DNA of 63,303 nucleotides, the filler included, from Dimorphilus gyrociliatus (taxonomy: Eukaryota; Animalia; Annelida): NCBI GenBank assembly GCA_904063045.1. It is 3 parts of 3 records of this genome, joined end to end, with 100 filler letters (N's around TTAATTAATTAA, not from the genome) between each part and the next. Parts side by side here need not be neighbours in the genome. Positions count along the whole stretch, not along the records: positions 1 to 23,008 come from CAJFCJ010000178.1; 2 more parts are not named here. The stretch is one strand, 5' to 3'. The notes below the pieces were generated by a model, which did not search any database, was not told the origin of the DNA, and saw nothing but the letters and a program-made list of their open reading frames with translations. Positions 1 to 12,760 of the stretch are shown in pieces (position 1 is the first letter of the stretch; every line of letters starts with the position of its first letter). The translations under genes were made by a program, and so were the position numbers.

Positions 1-1408
1 TTAATTGTGACCCCCTACCTAATTACCATGAAATGATTTCTATATATGGATTTTAATCAGTATGGGAGGGTTGTAAAATAATTTTTTAAAATAATTAAAT
101 ATGTATAAAAACCTTTTTTTTTCTAATAAAGTATGGGTAGTTTGATAAAGATAGTATCATTAGAGGAAAAAACTTTGATAGTTAAATATCTCATACATAA
201 AGTATACAAAGAAGGTCTCAGTAAGGAACAAAAGAAGAGCTTTAGAAGGAGAATCAAAGACTTAGGTCTAAAAAATGGTGAGCTCGTTATAAGGAAAGAT
301 GATATGGAAAAACTGGTAATATGTGATTATGAACTGGTTTTGAAACAAAAAATAATTAAAAAATACCATGAGCCAGATCATTTGGGCATAAACAAGGTTT
401 TATGTTGATAAATGAGAAATATTATGGAATAAAACAACTTGACGTCAAAAGTTTTGTATCTAAGTGTGAATTTTGTCAAAAAATTAAACCACCTGTTATA
501 ACAAAAAAAATTGCTGCAATCATACCTACTGCTGCTAATGAAAGACTAATGGTAGACCTTATTGATTTTTCGAACTTTTCTAATATAAATAGCGGGATGA
601 AGTACTGCTATACAATGATTGATTCATTTTCTAAATTTGGATTTGTGTATCCAGTTGCTTCAAAGCATGGCTGTATATTTGCCGACATACTTGAAAAACT
701 ATTTCAAAGCGAAGGACCATGGAAAAGTATTCACACCGATAATGGACGAGAATTTGTGAATAAATGGGTCAAAGATGTTTTAGAAAAATATACAGTAAAG
801 CATATAAGAGGAAGGCCCTATCATCCGCAGAGCCAAGGACAAGTGGAGCGTTTTAACAGAACCTTAAAAGATAAGTTGATAAGGGTAAATGAAGGGAATA
901 CTTTCCAATGGACTAAACACTTAAAAGAAATAATTTATAGATATAATAACACACCACACCGGGCAACAAGAACAAAGCCATTTATTTTATTTAGAGGAAA
1001 GAACCCGAGTATATTGTACCAAATCACTAACATGAACAATAACGCAATAATAGTTAGGGAGAGGTATCAGTCATATGCAGCTAGTTATAGGAGAGAACAA
1101 GAAACCAACCACTCTGCTAATATAATTATTGGAGATAAAGTTTTATTACTAAAAGACTACAGACCTAGTAGGCTAAACAGCAGTACTATAATTGAAAACT
1201 CTCTATATGAAACAGAAACTTATAAGGTACATCAAATTAATAATGACAATACTTTAATATTATGTGATAGTAATGGAAGGATGAAAATAGTAGCAAAAAC
1301 CAAAATTAAAAAATTTATTAATTATTTTACAACCCTCCCATACTGATTAAAATCCATATATAGAAATCATTTCATGGTAATTAGGTAGGGGGTCACAATT
1401 AAATACCA
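1..1408 (+). mobile_element. Ginger/TDD-type DNA transposon (retroviral-type integrase between TIRs), left end cut by window start
   Basis: Perfect 83-bp inverted repeat 1-83 / 1320-1402 encloses an integrase ORF. No RT, gag or LTR. Right end probably continues to ...AATTAAATACCA (1408). Confidence 0.8.
133..1346 (+). pseudogene. Integrase/transposase (HHCC zinc finger + rve DDE core), split by one frameshift at ~400
   Basis: HEPDHLG...CEFC zinc finger, then LMVDLID / HTDNGREF / HPQSQGQVERFNRTLK. The two ORFs join if one T is added to the T run at 398-401; spacing then matches the element at 3567. Confidence 0.85.
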
Positions 1409-1516
1409 GGCCCTTTCCTAATTTAGAACGAATTTAAAATTCAAACAAGTTTAATTTGAGTTATTCCAAAAAGTTATATCGATCCCGACCCATATTATAT
1501 GGGGGCAAAATTACAT

Positions 1517-1537
1517 GGGGGTTCACAATTACATACA
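1517..1537. repeat. Solo TIR-end remnant of a related Ginger-like element
   Basis: GGGGGTTCACAATTACATACA resembles the right end of element 1 (GGGGGTCACAATTAAATACCA) and ends in ACA. Confidence 0.35.
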
Positions 1538-1638
1538 ACAATTTTATACTTCTAATGACAACTATCCAAACACGTGTAACTTACTAAAAATGGTTTTTGA
1601 TTCTACAAAGCTATAAAAATAGTATCCTTTTTTATCCC

Positions 1639-3015
1639 ATGCTATCACAATCACAAAATAAAATATTTATTATAAGAAGTATGAGTTTAACTCTAATAAG
1701 TAGTGCTATAGCTGCAATATCAGAAGTAAATCCAAATCAAAATAGTAATGATAATAATTTATTACAAATAAGAGACAAAGAAGTATGCAAAAACTGCACG
1801 CATAACAAAATATTTAACGAAAACTTCAAACCACTCGACTTGCTTGATGAAAGAAATACGAAAAACAACTTTTACATTGAAGATTATTACGAATTGCATT
1901 TAAAAGGAACAATATTATACGAACATCCAAGCAGTCCTAAGTCGAAATCTAATAGATTTTCTTCTAAAAACAATCGTGTAAAAACTGAAAATGTTATAGT
2001 AGAACATATTAAGAATAAGTGTAACTCTAGTACAATAAGGTTGTTGAGCTTGAATGTAGAAGGTTGTTTACAAGATTTAATAATAATTTTGAAGTTAATT
2101 AAATGTGGTAAGAAAAGAATTCACGTTACGTTAATCGATTACAATCTAAAGCGTAATAGAATAGTTACTTTTAACGAATTTAAGTGTATCTTACAACAAA
2201 TTGAGAAATTTTATGATGATGTTTACTTGAGTTGTGAAAGTTTTGATGATATTGATAAATTAGATAGTACAGCAAAGTTTGATGCTGTTTACTCAATAGA
2301 ATGTGTTGGTTTTGACAGCCTAGATACAGTTTATGAAGGTCTTTCTGACAGAGGCCCTCGTGAATATGGCAATAGTAGTGCTATGCTAGGACGTTGTTAT
2401 CGCCACTATCGTTATGCAATCGACTTTATAAAAGGTACTAATTTATTAAAATCTAAGGAAGATGGTCTTGCCATTTTGTCGCAGGAGTCGGACTTGGTGA
2501 GCCATACATTCAACAATGTACCATCAAATTATTACAGATTCCATTATGTTTCACCATATATATATGATGTTGATAAATTTAAATATTTTTATCTAAAATC
2601 GAACTTATCTAGGCTCAGTGTTTATTTAGAGCTGTTTGCTTATAAGAAAAATACTAAATTGATTATAGATAAAGATTGTGTTAAAACAGGAGACGAAAAC
2701 ATTATAAGAGAATTCATGAATAGTTATAATATAGATTATCAAATCATGAAGGAGAAAGACGCCATAAAGAAAATTGGTGAATCATGGTGTCTCGTAATAC
2801 ATTCAGGTTGGGGTGATTATTGGTTTAACAACCCAATACCAGCTGAAATGGCAAGAATGAATATTCATATGGCCTATTCGAATCAGTACAACCCTTGTTG
2901 GAGTATATATAAGTTTGAAATATGCCCACCTTTACCCAAAAGAAAATATTCATTATATGAGAAGTTGGTAGGAGTGCCTTATAGGTTGATTGAAATAGGA
3001 TATAATTATTTCTGA
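1639..3015 (+). CDS. Hypothetical protein, possibly secreted, with class I SAM-methyltransferase-like Rossmann fold
   Basis: Intact intronless ORF. ATG 1639 is directly preceded by CCC (ORF track starts at 1597). Hydrophobic SLTLISSAIAAI near the N-terminus. IRLLSLNVEG..QD / HVTLID / FDAVYSIE resemble MTase motifs. Confidence 0.55.
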   Translation: MLSQSQNKIFIIRSMSLTLISSAIAAISEVNPNQNSNDNNLLQIRDKEVCKNCTHNKIFNENFKPLDLLDERNTKNNFYIEDYYELHLKGTILYEHPSSPKSKSNRFSSKNNRVKTENVIVEHIKNKCNSSTIRLLSLNVEGCLQDLIIILKLIKCGKKRIHVTLIDYNLKRNRIVTFNEFKCILQQIEKFYDDVYLSCESFDDIDKLDSTAKFDAVYSIECVGFDSLDTVYEGLSDRGPREYGNSSAMLGRCYRHYRYAIDFIKGTNLLKSKEDGLAILSQESDLVSHTFNNVPSNYYRFHYVSPYIYDVDKFKYFYLKSNLSRLSVYLELFAYKKNTKLIIDKDCVKTGDENIIREFMNSYNIDYQIMKEKDAIKKIGESWCLVIHSGWGDYWFNNPIPAEMARMNIHMAYSNQYNPCWSIYKFEICPPLPKRKYSLYEKLVGVPYRLIEIGYNYF

Positions 3016-3566
3016 GGTATATTCTCTTTTAAACTAATTTTTAAACAAAACAGCCTACTTGTTGTGGGATGTATCATTCATTAAAATTAGTTTATAATCT
3101 AATGTTTGTACTTTGATCAATACAATTTTGTCAAGTAAAATGGGACTTTTTATTTTCTTATCAAAAAGTATAAAAATCTCACAGAAAAGTATGTCAAATA
3201 ATATTCATACAAAATTTAAGGTTAAAATATAAGCATTCACTCAGTAAAAGGGTTACTTTTGTAATTTTGTGTACTATAAAACCATATGTTTTGGCTTTTT
3301 AATAACCTTTATTTTTAGATTAAAAATATATAAATATGTAGAATAAACTAAGAATATAAGAATTGTTAGTAAAAGTTGGAGTTTTATGTAATCAATAATC
3401 TGTGAATAGATCCTATTGAATTAATCATGGAATCATGTAAAAATTTAAAAGACGTGTAATATACTATAAAAAACAATAATATGTGAAATTTTAAGAAACA
3501 TCAACTGGTTTGAGTTTAAATAGACTTATAAAAATTCTAATTTAATCAAACCAAACGTATAGGAAG

Positions 3567-5332
3567 TGTTACGGTCTATTGTGAGTACCAGTCTATTCTG
3601 AAAGGGGAATTTAATATAAAAAATTCAAAAATTTTCCTTTTTAATAACAAACCCTAGCGGTCTATTCTGAAACGAGAAATTTTACCATAGAAATTTAAAA
3701 AATTTATATTTATTTTTAAAATTATGTAAACCCCGGTCTATTCTGAAATAGGGAGTTTTTAGTTAGATGTTTTATATTTATTTTAGTATAATTTAAATAA
3801 AAAATATATTTAGAAAATTTTTTAAAAAAAATTGTTTTTATTTAAAAAAATAATAAATACCTTTTTATAAATGACAAGGCAAGTTAAAATCAATAATATA
3901 CATGAAAAAAACACCTTAATATCATACTTACTTAGTGGAGCACTACCACCTCATCTAAATAGCTCAAAAAAATCTAATTATATTAGAAAATTTCGAAATT
4001 TTATTTATGAAGACAGTAAAATTTAGTAAAAATAGGTGCTTTAAAATTGGAATATATATGTGATTTCGAAGTAGACAAAAAAAAGAGGTCATTAAAAGCA
4101 TTCACTTACCAGGACATATCGGTATTAATGTTTTACACCTTAATATAAATAAGCTATACTATGGTATTTCAAAGGAAGAGGTAAAATCTTACGTATCAGC
4201 ATGCGAGGCTTGACAAAGAAGTACCAGAATAGCAGAAAGTGAGACAACATTACATCCTATAGTACCAAATTATTTTAGAGAAAGGTTAATGGTGGATTTG
4301 GTTGATTTATCTAGATATCGCAACTCTAACAATGGATATAAATATATTTTCAATTTTATCGAAACATTTTCAAAGTTTACTTGGCTTTTCCTGTTAGAGA
4401 TAAAACTGCAGATACGTTTAGTATGATTTTGAAAGATTTATTAGAGACAGAAGGAAAATTCGATATATTACATTCTGATAATGGGCGAGAATTTGTTAAT
4501 AACCAAGTTCAGTCTATTTGTGAAGAAAGAGGAATAGAGATTATTCATGGCAGACCCAGACATCCTCAGTCACAAGGTCAAATTGAAAGATTTAATCGAA
4601 CGATAAAGGAGCGACTAAAGAAAGCGATGACAGTCCAAAACAAGTGGATTGATAATTTAAAACCTATTGTTTGCCAATATAATAACACAAGGCATAGTAC
4701 CACAAAATTTACTCCTTTTTATATCTATAGAGGTGCCATAAATGAAAAATCAAAAAAACAACTATACTTAAATGTAAACAATTTATCAATTAGAGAAACT
4801 TTGATAAACTACTCTTTAAGATATAGATTGGAATACGAGAATAGGAATAGAAGGAGGAATATTAGAGTAAATGATCTTGTTTTGTTAGCTAAAGACTTTG
4901 ATTTAAATACTGCTACTAGTAGATATCCATTCACTGATTTTTATCATACAGAAATTTATACTGTTATAAGTATAGAAAATAGTATAGCGACGCTAAAGGA
5001 TGATAACAACCACGAAAAAATAGCGCATTTAAACAGGCTTAAAGTTTATAATTCCTAAATAAAAACAATTTTTTTTAAAAAATTTTCTAAATATATTTTT
5101 TATTTAAATTATACTAAAATAAATATAAAACATCTAACTAAAAACTCCCTATTTCAGAATAGACCGGGGTTTACATAATTTTAAAAATAAATATAAATTT
5201 TTTAAATTTTATGGTAAAATTTCTCGTTTCAGAATAGACCGCTAGGGTTTGTTATTAAAAAGGAAAATTTTTGAATTTTTTATATTAAATTCCCCTTTCA
5301 GAATAGACTGGTACTCACAATAGAACGCAACA
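3567..5332 (+). mobile_element. Complete Ginger/TDD-type DNA transposon, 1766 bp
   Basis: TGT...ACA termini. ~278-bp TIRs (3567-3844 / 5056-5332) with internal GTCTATTCTGAAA repeats. 5-bp TSD GGAAG (3562-3566, 5333-5337). Confidence 0.92.
3871..5058 (+). pseudogene. Integrase/transposase of Ginger element 2 (frameshifts plus in-frame TGA)
   Basis: MTRQVKINN...; HLPGHIG...CEA*Q (TGA at the expected Cys); LMVDLVD; HSDNGREF; HPQSQGQIERFNRTIK. Collinear with 133-1346. Confidence 0.85.
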
Positions 5333-6099
5333 GGAAGTATCATAAAAATATGTCGAACCAATTTTCTACCAAATATAGAAAAGAAAAGGATGGATTATGA
5401 CGATAATTTTAATATTTTTAAAGCAAAAATGCTTAACGAATATTAAAAATTTAGTCAATTAAATTTGATAAATCTAGTAGGCTGCCACCTGAAGAGTTAT
5501 CTATCCAACTACACACTTTCAAATAAACGCGTTAAATCATCTCTAATTTTACTTAAATTTGCTTTAGGTCTATTTTTAGGCTATTCACAGCGATACTATG
5601 TATTTTAAGTATATACATTTTGTAACAAAACAAAAGATACAACGATTTTTATAAAGGAAATCTTATCTAGGTTTTTTAAAATTATTTTTTTATAATCAAT
5701 AATAAAACTTACATAAAATAGTAATTTTTTCTCTATACATTGATTTAGATCGTTTTCTGACTGTATTTTTGGTTTTTGTAGCAAAAAAGTACTGCTCCAC
5801 AAATATGCTTTTTTTAATACTTAAAAAAAAATATATAGAAGAGCTACAAATATACACTATAAAATCAAACGATATGGGGATTTTCCAAGGGGATCTAAAA
5901 TATTAAAAAAAAATCAATCAAATTGGGGCTGAACCAAATTATGGGGTCTTACAAAATAATTAGTTTCTTTGCTAATTTTGATTTTTTATAGAAAAAAAGC
6001 AAGAAAAATGCAAAATTTTTAACAAAAAATCGAGGAAATATTTATTCTAATATTTTCTCTCCTGCTTTACACCGTGGATGTGGCCTAGCATCTTTCTAA

Positions 6100-7044
6100 A
6101 AAGCCATTGCAGTCCAAATTTGCAATCATCGAGAGTCCTTATTCTATATAACTAAGCAAAGAGTTTATATAACTATGACTTAACCTTCTTACATAAATTT
6201 TCGACTTTGAGAAAACATTCTCAGTGATGTTTAAAAAAAATGGAAGGGAGTAAATAAGGAAATCTGAGCTCCTTTTCTGTAATATACTGCCTTTAAGTAT
6301 ATAGTGATAAACCTTTGCATTATCCCTTATAAATATCAGGGGGATACCATAATCCTTACAGACCTCGAATAATCTGATCATAAAACTTTTACAGTCCTCA
6401 CCATTGTTAGATCCTCTTTTTATATCATAAATAAGAACTTTTTCTAGTGTTATTTCGTAAAAACCACTATTTTTGATACTTCTTACAGATTTTACTTCAC
6501 TATATGATGAAATTCCTATTATAGATCTTCCTCTTTCTACGCTCATTGATAAAAAAAATACCACTTCACTTATGAAAATAAATGAATCAAGTGTATGTAA
6601 TGCTAATAGATTAGAAAATACCTTTTCATATTTTTTTTATGTTTATTGAAGTTGGAATTGCTGAAAGAGATTTTATAGAATAGTGTAATTTTTAAATACT
6701 GAATCGATAGTATTATAAGATGCTTTGATATTAAATTTTTAGTAAAGTGCTCTAATAGTTTTTTTAATGTTATAGTTGCATCTTGAATTGATACTTCCTC
6801 CGTATGTTCCCTATGCTTGCTGTAAAGCAGGCTTTATCTACTACGCCTTTATTTCTTAGCGTTAAAACTTGAGTCTGTTTATACTTTTGTAAAATTCTGT
6901 GTACACTCGATTTCGGAGATCGAGAATAACGGATATTTCATTTATATTTTTCAGATGGTATGTATATAAATGGACTACTCTTTCTCTGTTTTTAGCTGTA
7001 ATTATTTTATATTTTTTGGTCAGGGGTAGTTTAAAAAGTTCCAA
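6100..7044 (-). pseudogene. Degenerate Tc1/IS630-family (DDE_3) transposase
   Basis: FIFISEVVF (decayed FIDExGF), FIRDNAKVYH, YSLPFFLNITENVFSK (decayed YSPFLNPIENVFSK). N-terminal fragment in ORF 6862-7044. Confidence 0.7.
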
Positions 7045-7435
7045 TTTGATCGAAAAAAATTGATTTTTTTAATATTAAAAAACTCTTGAATTCCCCAACT
7101 TGATCGGGAGCCACTATAATAACTCATATTTAGCGAGACCAATATTATAAAAAAAGACTCTTTAATTCAAATATTATTCTTAGTCAAACTCTCGTTTGGA
7201 GGAGGATGTGAAATATTACTTATTAATCATCCCCCTATTTTTAGAAAGACAAGATTAATTAAGTTCCTTTTTTCATTGAATATCAAATGTTATTTAGGCC
7301 TTTGATTGACATTTCTTTATTATTTATTTGATTAAATTTAAAAAATTTTTATTGGTTAATTTATGATGTGTTTTTGATTGACATTTCTTTATTGAGTAAA
7401 TTATAAGCAGTTAAATAAACTAGAAGTCCCCTTTT

Positions 7436-9771
7436 ATGTTATTAAACTTTATACTCTTTGTTGAAGCAATTACCAATTTTTCTATGGAATTGGTTTTTTT
7501 TAACAACCAAAGAGAAACCTACAATTTTAGTAGAATTGGAATTGATAAAGAATTAGAAAATGATGTACCGATTTATCAAAAATCTCAATTTTTAAACGAT
7601 ATTTTAGAATTTGAAGATGATAATAAAGAAATTTTATTTTCTGAAGTAAGAAATATAAAAATAACTAAAGAACTGTTTGAAACAACGATAAAAGTATTCG
7701 AAGGTGATAATTTTGTAATAAAAGATATCAACGATTTTATGACTATTTGTACAATCGCTGACTTTTTAATTCTATATAATAAATATTTAGACCTTTTCCA
7801 AGAAAGAATTACAAAGAGTTTTTTTATAAAGAATAAATCAATTAATGATATAAAAAATAATAAAAAGTTATACTTCAGTGAGTTTAATATTCAAAGAAAA
7901 GTTATATTGACTATTTTTAATAAATTCTTGAAATTCTACCAACTTTTATTAGAAATTGAAAACTCAAATGATGGTGATTTATTGAGTATAGTAAAAATGA
8001 ATAGAATAAGTAATATAGGATCAGATAGGATTGGTATGATTTATTAAGTATAGAATCAGAGAGAGTTGAGCTTTTTATAAATAATTATACATATTCTATA
8101 TTTAATAGATTGTTGATTATTCAATTTTTATAGATACTGTTTCTTGGTTTCTAAAAGAAATTGGTATAAATTCAGTTTGTATTAAAAATGTAGATTACTA
8201 TCATAAATTTTTAAATGACATATTTAGCTATAAATCAATAACCAATTTATATATAAAGAATTGTAATTACGAATTACTTAAACTAATAAAGAAAAATACG
8301 GATGAGCTAGAATCATTACATATAGAAAATATTATGGATGGAGAGTCAGAAGTAAAGTTAACATTGATTACAGATTGTACTAATTTAAAAAACTGTCTCT
8401 TAGTCATATCGAACTTAAAGAAAATGAAAAAAATAGCTTTTTTAACTTCTTTGAAAAAGACAATACGAAATTTTTTACTAAACTGAAATTTCTCAAGCTA
8501 AAAAAACAAATCTAGATTTTAATAAATTGATATTAAAGCTAAAAGATATAGAAAAGTTGGTTATTGAAAGAAATAACAGTTTAAATGGTGCTTACATTTA
8601 AACATATATTTGGTTTAATTAATTTAGAAGAGCTTAGTTTAGAAGGATGCGATTTTAAAGAGTTTTCATTTGCTGGAATAAAAGCACCTTGAAGGTTCTA
8701 AAATAAATATAGCAAGAACGTGAGATTATGTATTTACACTATTCTTAGTATTTTATAAACCTTGAAGTTCTACAAATATGGAATACTGATGAACTAAAGC
8801 CAAGTGTAGAATGTTTAAAAAAGCTTGAAAAACTGGAAACGGTTGATTTTTCTGATCTTAATTAACAAAAAAATGTATTAAAAGTTTAATGAATAAGAAA
8901 TCATTAAAAAAACTGATTTTAAACGAATGTAGCACGACAAAAGGCTTCTAAAAAGTCCAATAGAACTTGAGAATCTTAAATATTTATACTTAAGTGGTTT
9001 TAAAAAGGTACCAGAAGAGTTTATAAAAAATATAAGTCAACAAAAAAACATAAATTATTTAAATTTGAGTAACTGTGGTTTAGATTTCCCATTAGATAGC
9101 CTAAAAACACTAATCATCTAGAAACACTTATTTTGGACAATAACGAAAGTCTAGATTATGATACACTAAGAATAGTGCCATTCTTATCAAATATAGAAGT
9201 ACTTAGTATTGATGGTAGTTTAAAACAAAGTGGTCAATTAAAATACTTAGAAGGCTCTAAAATCAGAACCTTGACATTTCTAATACTTCTTGTTTGGATA
9301 CAAACGATATCAATTCATTATCATTGATAGATAACTTAAGTGTTTTAAGGATGAAAGGTGTTCTTTAGTTCGTTGTTCCCTATTTAACTTATCTCATACT
9401 AACTATTAGAATTAGATATTTCTGATAGTTATAAGCTAGAAAAAAGCGATCTTGAGTCTATTTTTAAAATAATTCTATAAAAAGACTAGGAATGTCTAAT
9501 TGCTATCTCAAATCAAGCTATTTAGAAATATAGATAAGTTAATAAACCTAAATATTTAGATATTTCTAACAATCACGATATTAAAAAAGACGTATTCCAG
9601 TTAATACTCAAAATGAAATCACTTGAATATTTAAACATTAAAGGCTGTTTATTACAGGAATGAAAGATAAACTTTAAAACAAACATAAAAAGAATTAAAG
9701 TAAATGAAAATTTTAGTATAAGATTTATTAGAGATGCGGAAGAACAAGGAATTGAAGTAATGAAAAATTAA
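7436..9771 (+). pseudogene. Signal peptide + BTB/Skp1-like domain + leucine-rich repeats; many frameshifts
   Basis: CCCC just before ATG; MLLNFILFVEAITNFS leader. LRR units in shifting frames: GLINLEELSLEGCDF, LENLKYLYLSG, HLETLILDNN, NLKYLDISNN, SLEYLNIKGC. Confidence 0.7.
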
Positions 9772-10049
9772 TAAAATAAATCACATTATTAAAATTAATG
9801 AACCTAAATATTGAAAATTAATTAAAGATATACGTTTAATCATTTTTAATAGTAGATGAAGTTAGTAAATCGCATAACAATGCAAAAATAAAAGAGTGAG
9901 TTGTGCTAAATATGCTAGTACACCCTAGGATACTTCAACCTATATTAATAGCTATTTCATGTCTAAACTCTTTAAGAACTTCTTATATAATATTTCATTA
10001 AGAAGTAAAGGTGCTGAGATAAAATATTCTCCAGCATTTAAAAAAATTA

Positions 10050-10300
10050 ATTAAAGGTCTATTGATAAAAAAATATATTCAAAGTCGTTAAGTACTATAT
10101 TATCTTCTCACATGCATTCTTTTAGATAGTCATTTAGACATTCTCCACTAACACCCATCATTTTTTTTAACTTTTAATTTAAGCTTATTCTAAAGTGATT
10201 CAATCTTTTGAGTATGTATTCCAGTCACAGGATACACAAAATCAATATTATAGTTCACTTTTCCATGGTTGGATCCTAAATGAAGCTTTAATTCTTGCTT
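10050..10300 (-). mobile_element. Merlin/ISXO2 transposase C-terminal remnant
   Basis: Minus frame reads EKVNYNIDFVYPVTGIHTQKIESL*NKLK (HTQxIE motif). Boundaries approximate. Confidence 0.65.
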
Positions 10301-10359
10301 ATTTTTTAATATAGAGGGGGAGTTGAGTATAATAGTAAATCATAAATTTTAACCCAGAT

Positions 10360-10520
10360 CCGAAGATTCTTTAGTTTTTAGTGACAGGAGGCCCTCCTAT
10401 ATGCACTTTTTTAAAGGAAATGACAGTTATTATCACGAAAGTGTTAGCCACAATTGAGAGTTTGTCAATGCCATCACCGGCGCTCACACTCAAAATATTG
10501 AAAACTTGTGTTTTGGTTAA
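10360..10520 (+). mobile_element. Merlin/ISXO2 transposase remnant
   Basis: Plus frame reads DSLVFSDRRPSY...HESVSHN*EFVNAITGAHTQNIENL. Boundaries approximate. Confidence 0.65.
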
Positions 10521-11771
10521 AAATTACTTTAAGAGCCAGATATCTCTCAAATAGATGTAACTTGCAATTATACTTAGCTGAATTCTGTTTTTGATGTAAG
10601 AATAAAGACAAAAATATTGAAGAACTATTTATTCAAGTGTTAATGTTTATTAAAAGCTTAGATAATCCAAATTAGGTAATTTATGATTTTTTAATCATTT
10701 TTAAAAAGTCTTGAAATTTACTCCCTCACCATTAAATCTTTTACGTATCATACTTGATTTATAAAAAATAGATTGTATTTTTATACTTGATTAATAATAA
10801 TAACTTTAAACCTTTTATTTTACCACATATCGTAAAATAATGTATCACTTCTGTAGAATATACAATTTATGAAAACTAGGTATTTAAAATCATAGAAATA
10901 CAATTAAATAAGAATTGAATTTAATTTTAAAACATAAAAAAAGTGATATAGAGCTATCAGGGGGGAAATGGACACTTTCCAAAATAAAATGGAAATTTCA
11001 AACTTTTTTTTAACTTCTTTTTAGTTTTTTTATTTTAAAAGTATTGCCAACTAGATAGGGGGATCTACATTTAGGCATCAATTATAATAGCCGAAAAAAT
11101 GAGAGAGGATAATAACCGAGCAAATTAAAAGACTAAAAGATACCATGAAAGTGCCCACAATTAGCAGTACAACTAATGTATCTAAGCCAGGAATTTATGA
11201 AATCATAAAGTTTCTTGAAACAGAGTCGGAGCCCACCTTTTACAAATTAGTAAGCAAGAAAGGACCAACTCAGAAAGATAACACTGCTTTAAAGGCGAAT
11301 ATAATCGAAATATTTAGTAGAAATAATGGTCTAACTCAAAAGGGAGCAAGAAAGATTTTAAATAGTGAAAATATTTCTCTATCTCAAACTAAAATGAGTA
11401 TCTTGACAAAACAGGCAGGATTCTTGGGAAAAAGGTTGAAAAGAAGAGCTTCAGTGACATTTGAACGATAACATTTTGAGAAGAGGGCACAATAGGCATA
11501 AGCAAATGGAGTTCTTTGATGAACCAGTATTTAATTTACATGTATCAAGTAGTCATGGACATTCACCTGCTAATACAGATGCGTTGGTATCTATTAATCC
11601 ATCTAGGGGAAGAAGCATATAACTTTATGCAATGTTTAGCCTAAATATTATAATCAATTATACTATAGTTGATGGATCATTTAGCTCAAATCAGTTTAGT
11701 GAATTTATACAAAATTGCGTGAATCGCCAAAGCCTTACAAATGACACTCTTTTAATAATGGATAATGATTC

Positions 11772-12760
11772 GGTAAAAAGGATTTTTGGGGTACAGCTAT
11801 ATTTGCTTAATATTTAACCCCAATGGTATTTTCGAGATTGGAATTATTTACTATTTCATTTGATCCGAGCATATTTTTATCATGGATGATGGATTTGGGT
11901 TTATTGAAGAAAATATTTTTGTGTAAAAGCTGTAAAAAGGCGATGGTTTTGGTACCACATCATAACATAGATGGTTTCATTTGGCTTTTTAAGACGAGAA
12001 AATGTAATAATATATAAGTTTCAATACGTAATATGTCTTATTTCGACAATATTAAATCATCGTTAAAAAACATCATTTTTATAATATATGAATGGAGCAT
12101 TAAAACACCACCAATCAAAATTTATAATGAATATAACATCACCAAAACATTATATAATAGTATTTTAAAAATTATTCGTAGACGATATGATGACTTTTCA
12201 GAAAAAAAAATAGGGGGCGGCGGTAGAATTATTGAAATTGATAAGAGTGCCGTCAGTAAAAGGAAAAATAACAAAGGAAGACTAATAGAGCAGATATGGG
12301 TAGTAGGTGGTTTCTGTAGAGCTACAAAAGAGTGTTTCTTTGAGGTTGTCACGAAAAGAGATAAAGAAACACTATCTAAAATAATAATAAAGAATGTAGA
12401 AGAATATTCAGTCATTATAACTGACGAGTGGAAAGGCTATAATGGAGTGAAGTTACTTGAATATGGTCATTTTACTATTAAACACAAGGATGTATTTGTA
12501 GACCCTAAAAACAAAGAAAAACATACTCAGAATATAGAAAATCAATGGAAATGGCTCAAATACTATTTGAAAACAAGAGGGAGCAACATAAAACCAAATA
12601 TAAAATCGTATATCAAAGATGATCTATTTCTAAAAACGGAAAATCCTTTTTTTAAAATTTTGGCTCGGATGAAAATTAATAAAAAAACGTTTTAAATCTA
12701 AAAATATGTTTATTTTTTTTAAGAAGTAAATATAGCTGTACCCCAAAAATCCCTTTTACC
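11772..12760 (+). mobile_element. Merlin element family A, copy 1 (989 bp)
   Basis: 37-bp TIRs starting GG (2 mismatches). 9-bp TSD TAATGATTC (11763-11771, 12761-12769). Near-identical to 19580-20567. Confidence 0.95.
11823..12695 (+). pseudogene. ISXO2/Merlin transposase with one nonsense codon
   Basis: TAA at 12015-12017 where copy 2 has AAA, same frame. IDKS replaces IDES; TDEWKGY and HTQNIE are kept. Confidence 0.9.

Noticed and set aside
390-410. Programmed -1 frameshift in the Ginger integrase
   Set aside because: No canonical X XXY YYZ slippery site. The homologous element is continuous here, and a 1-bp loss in a T run explains the shift.
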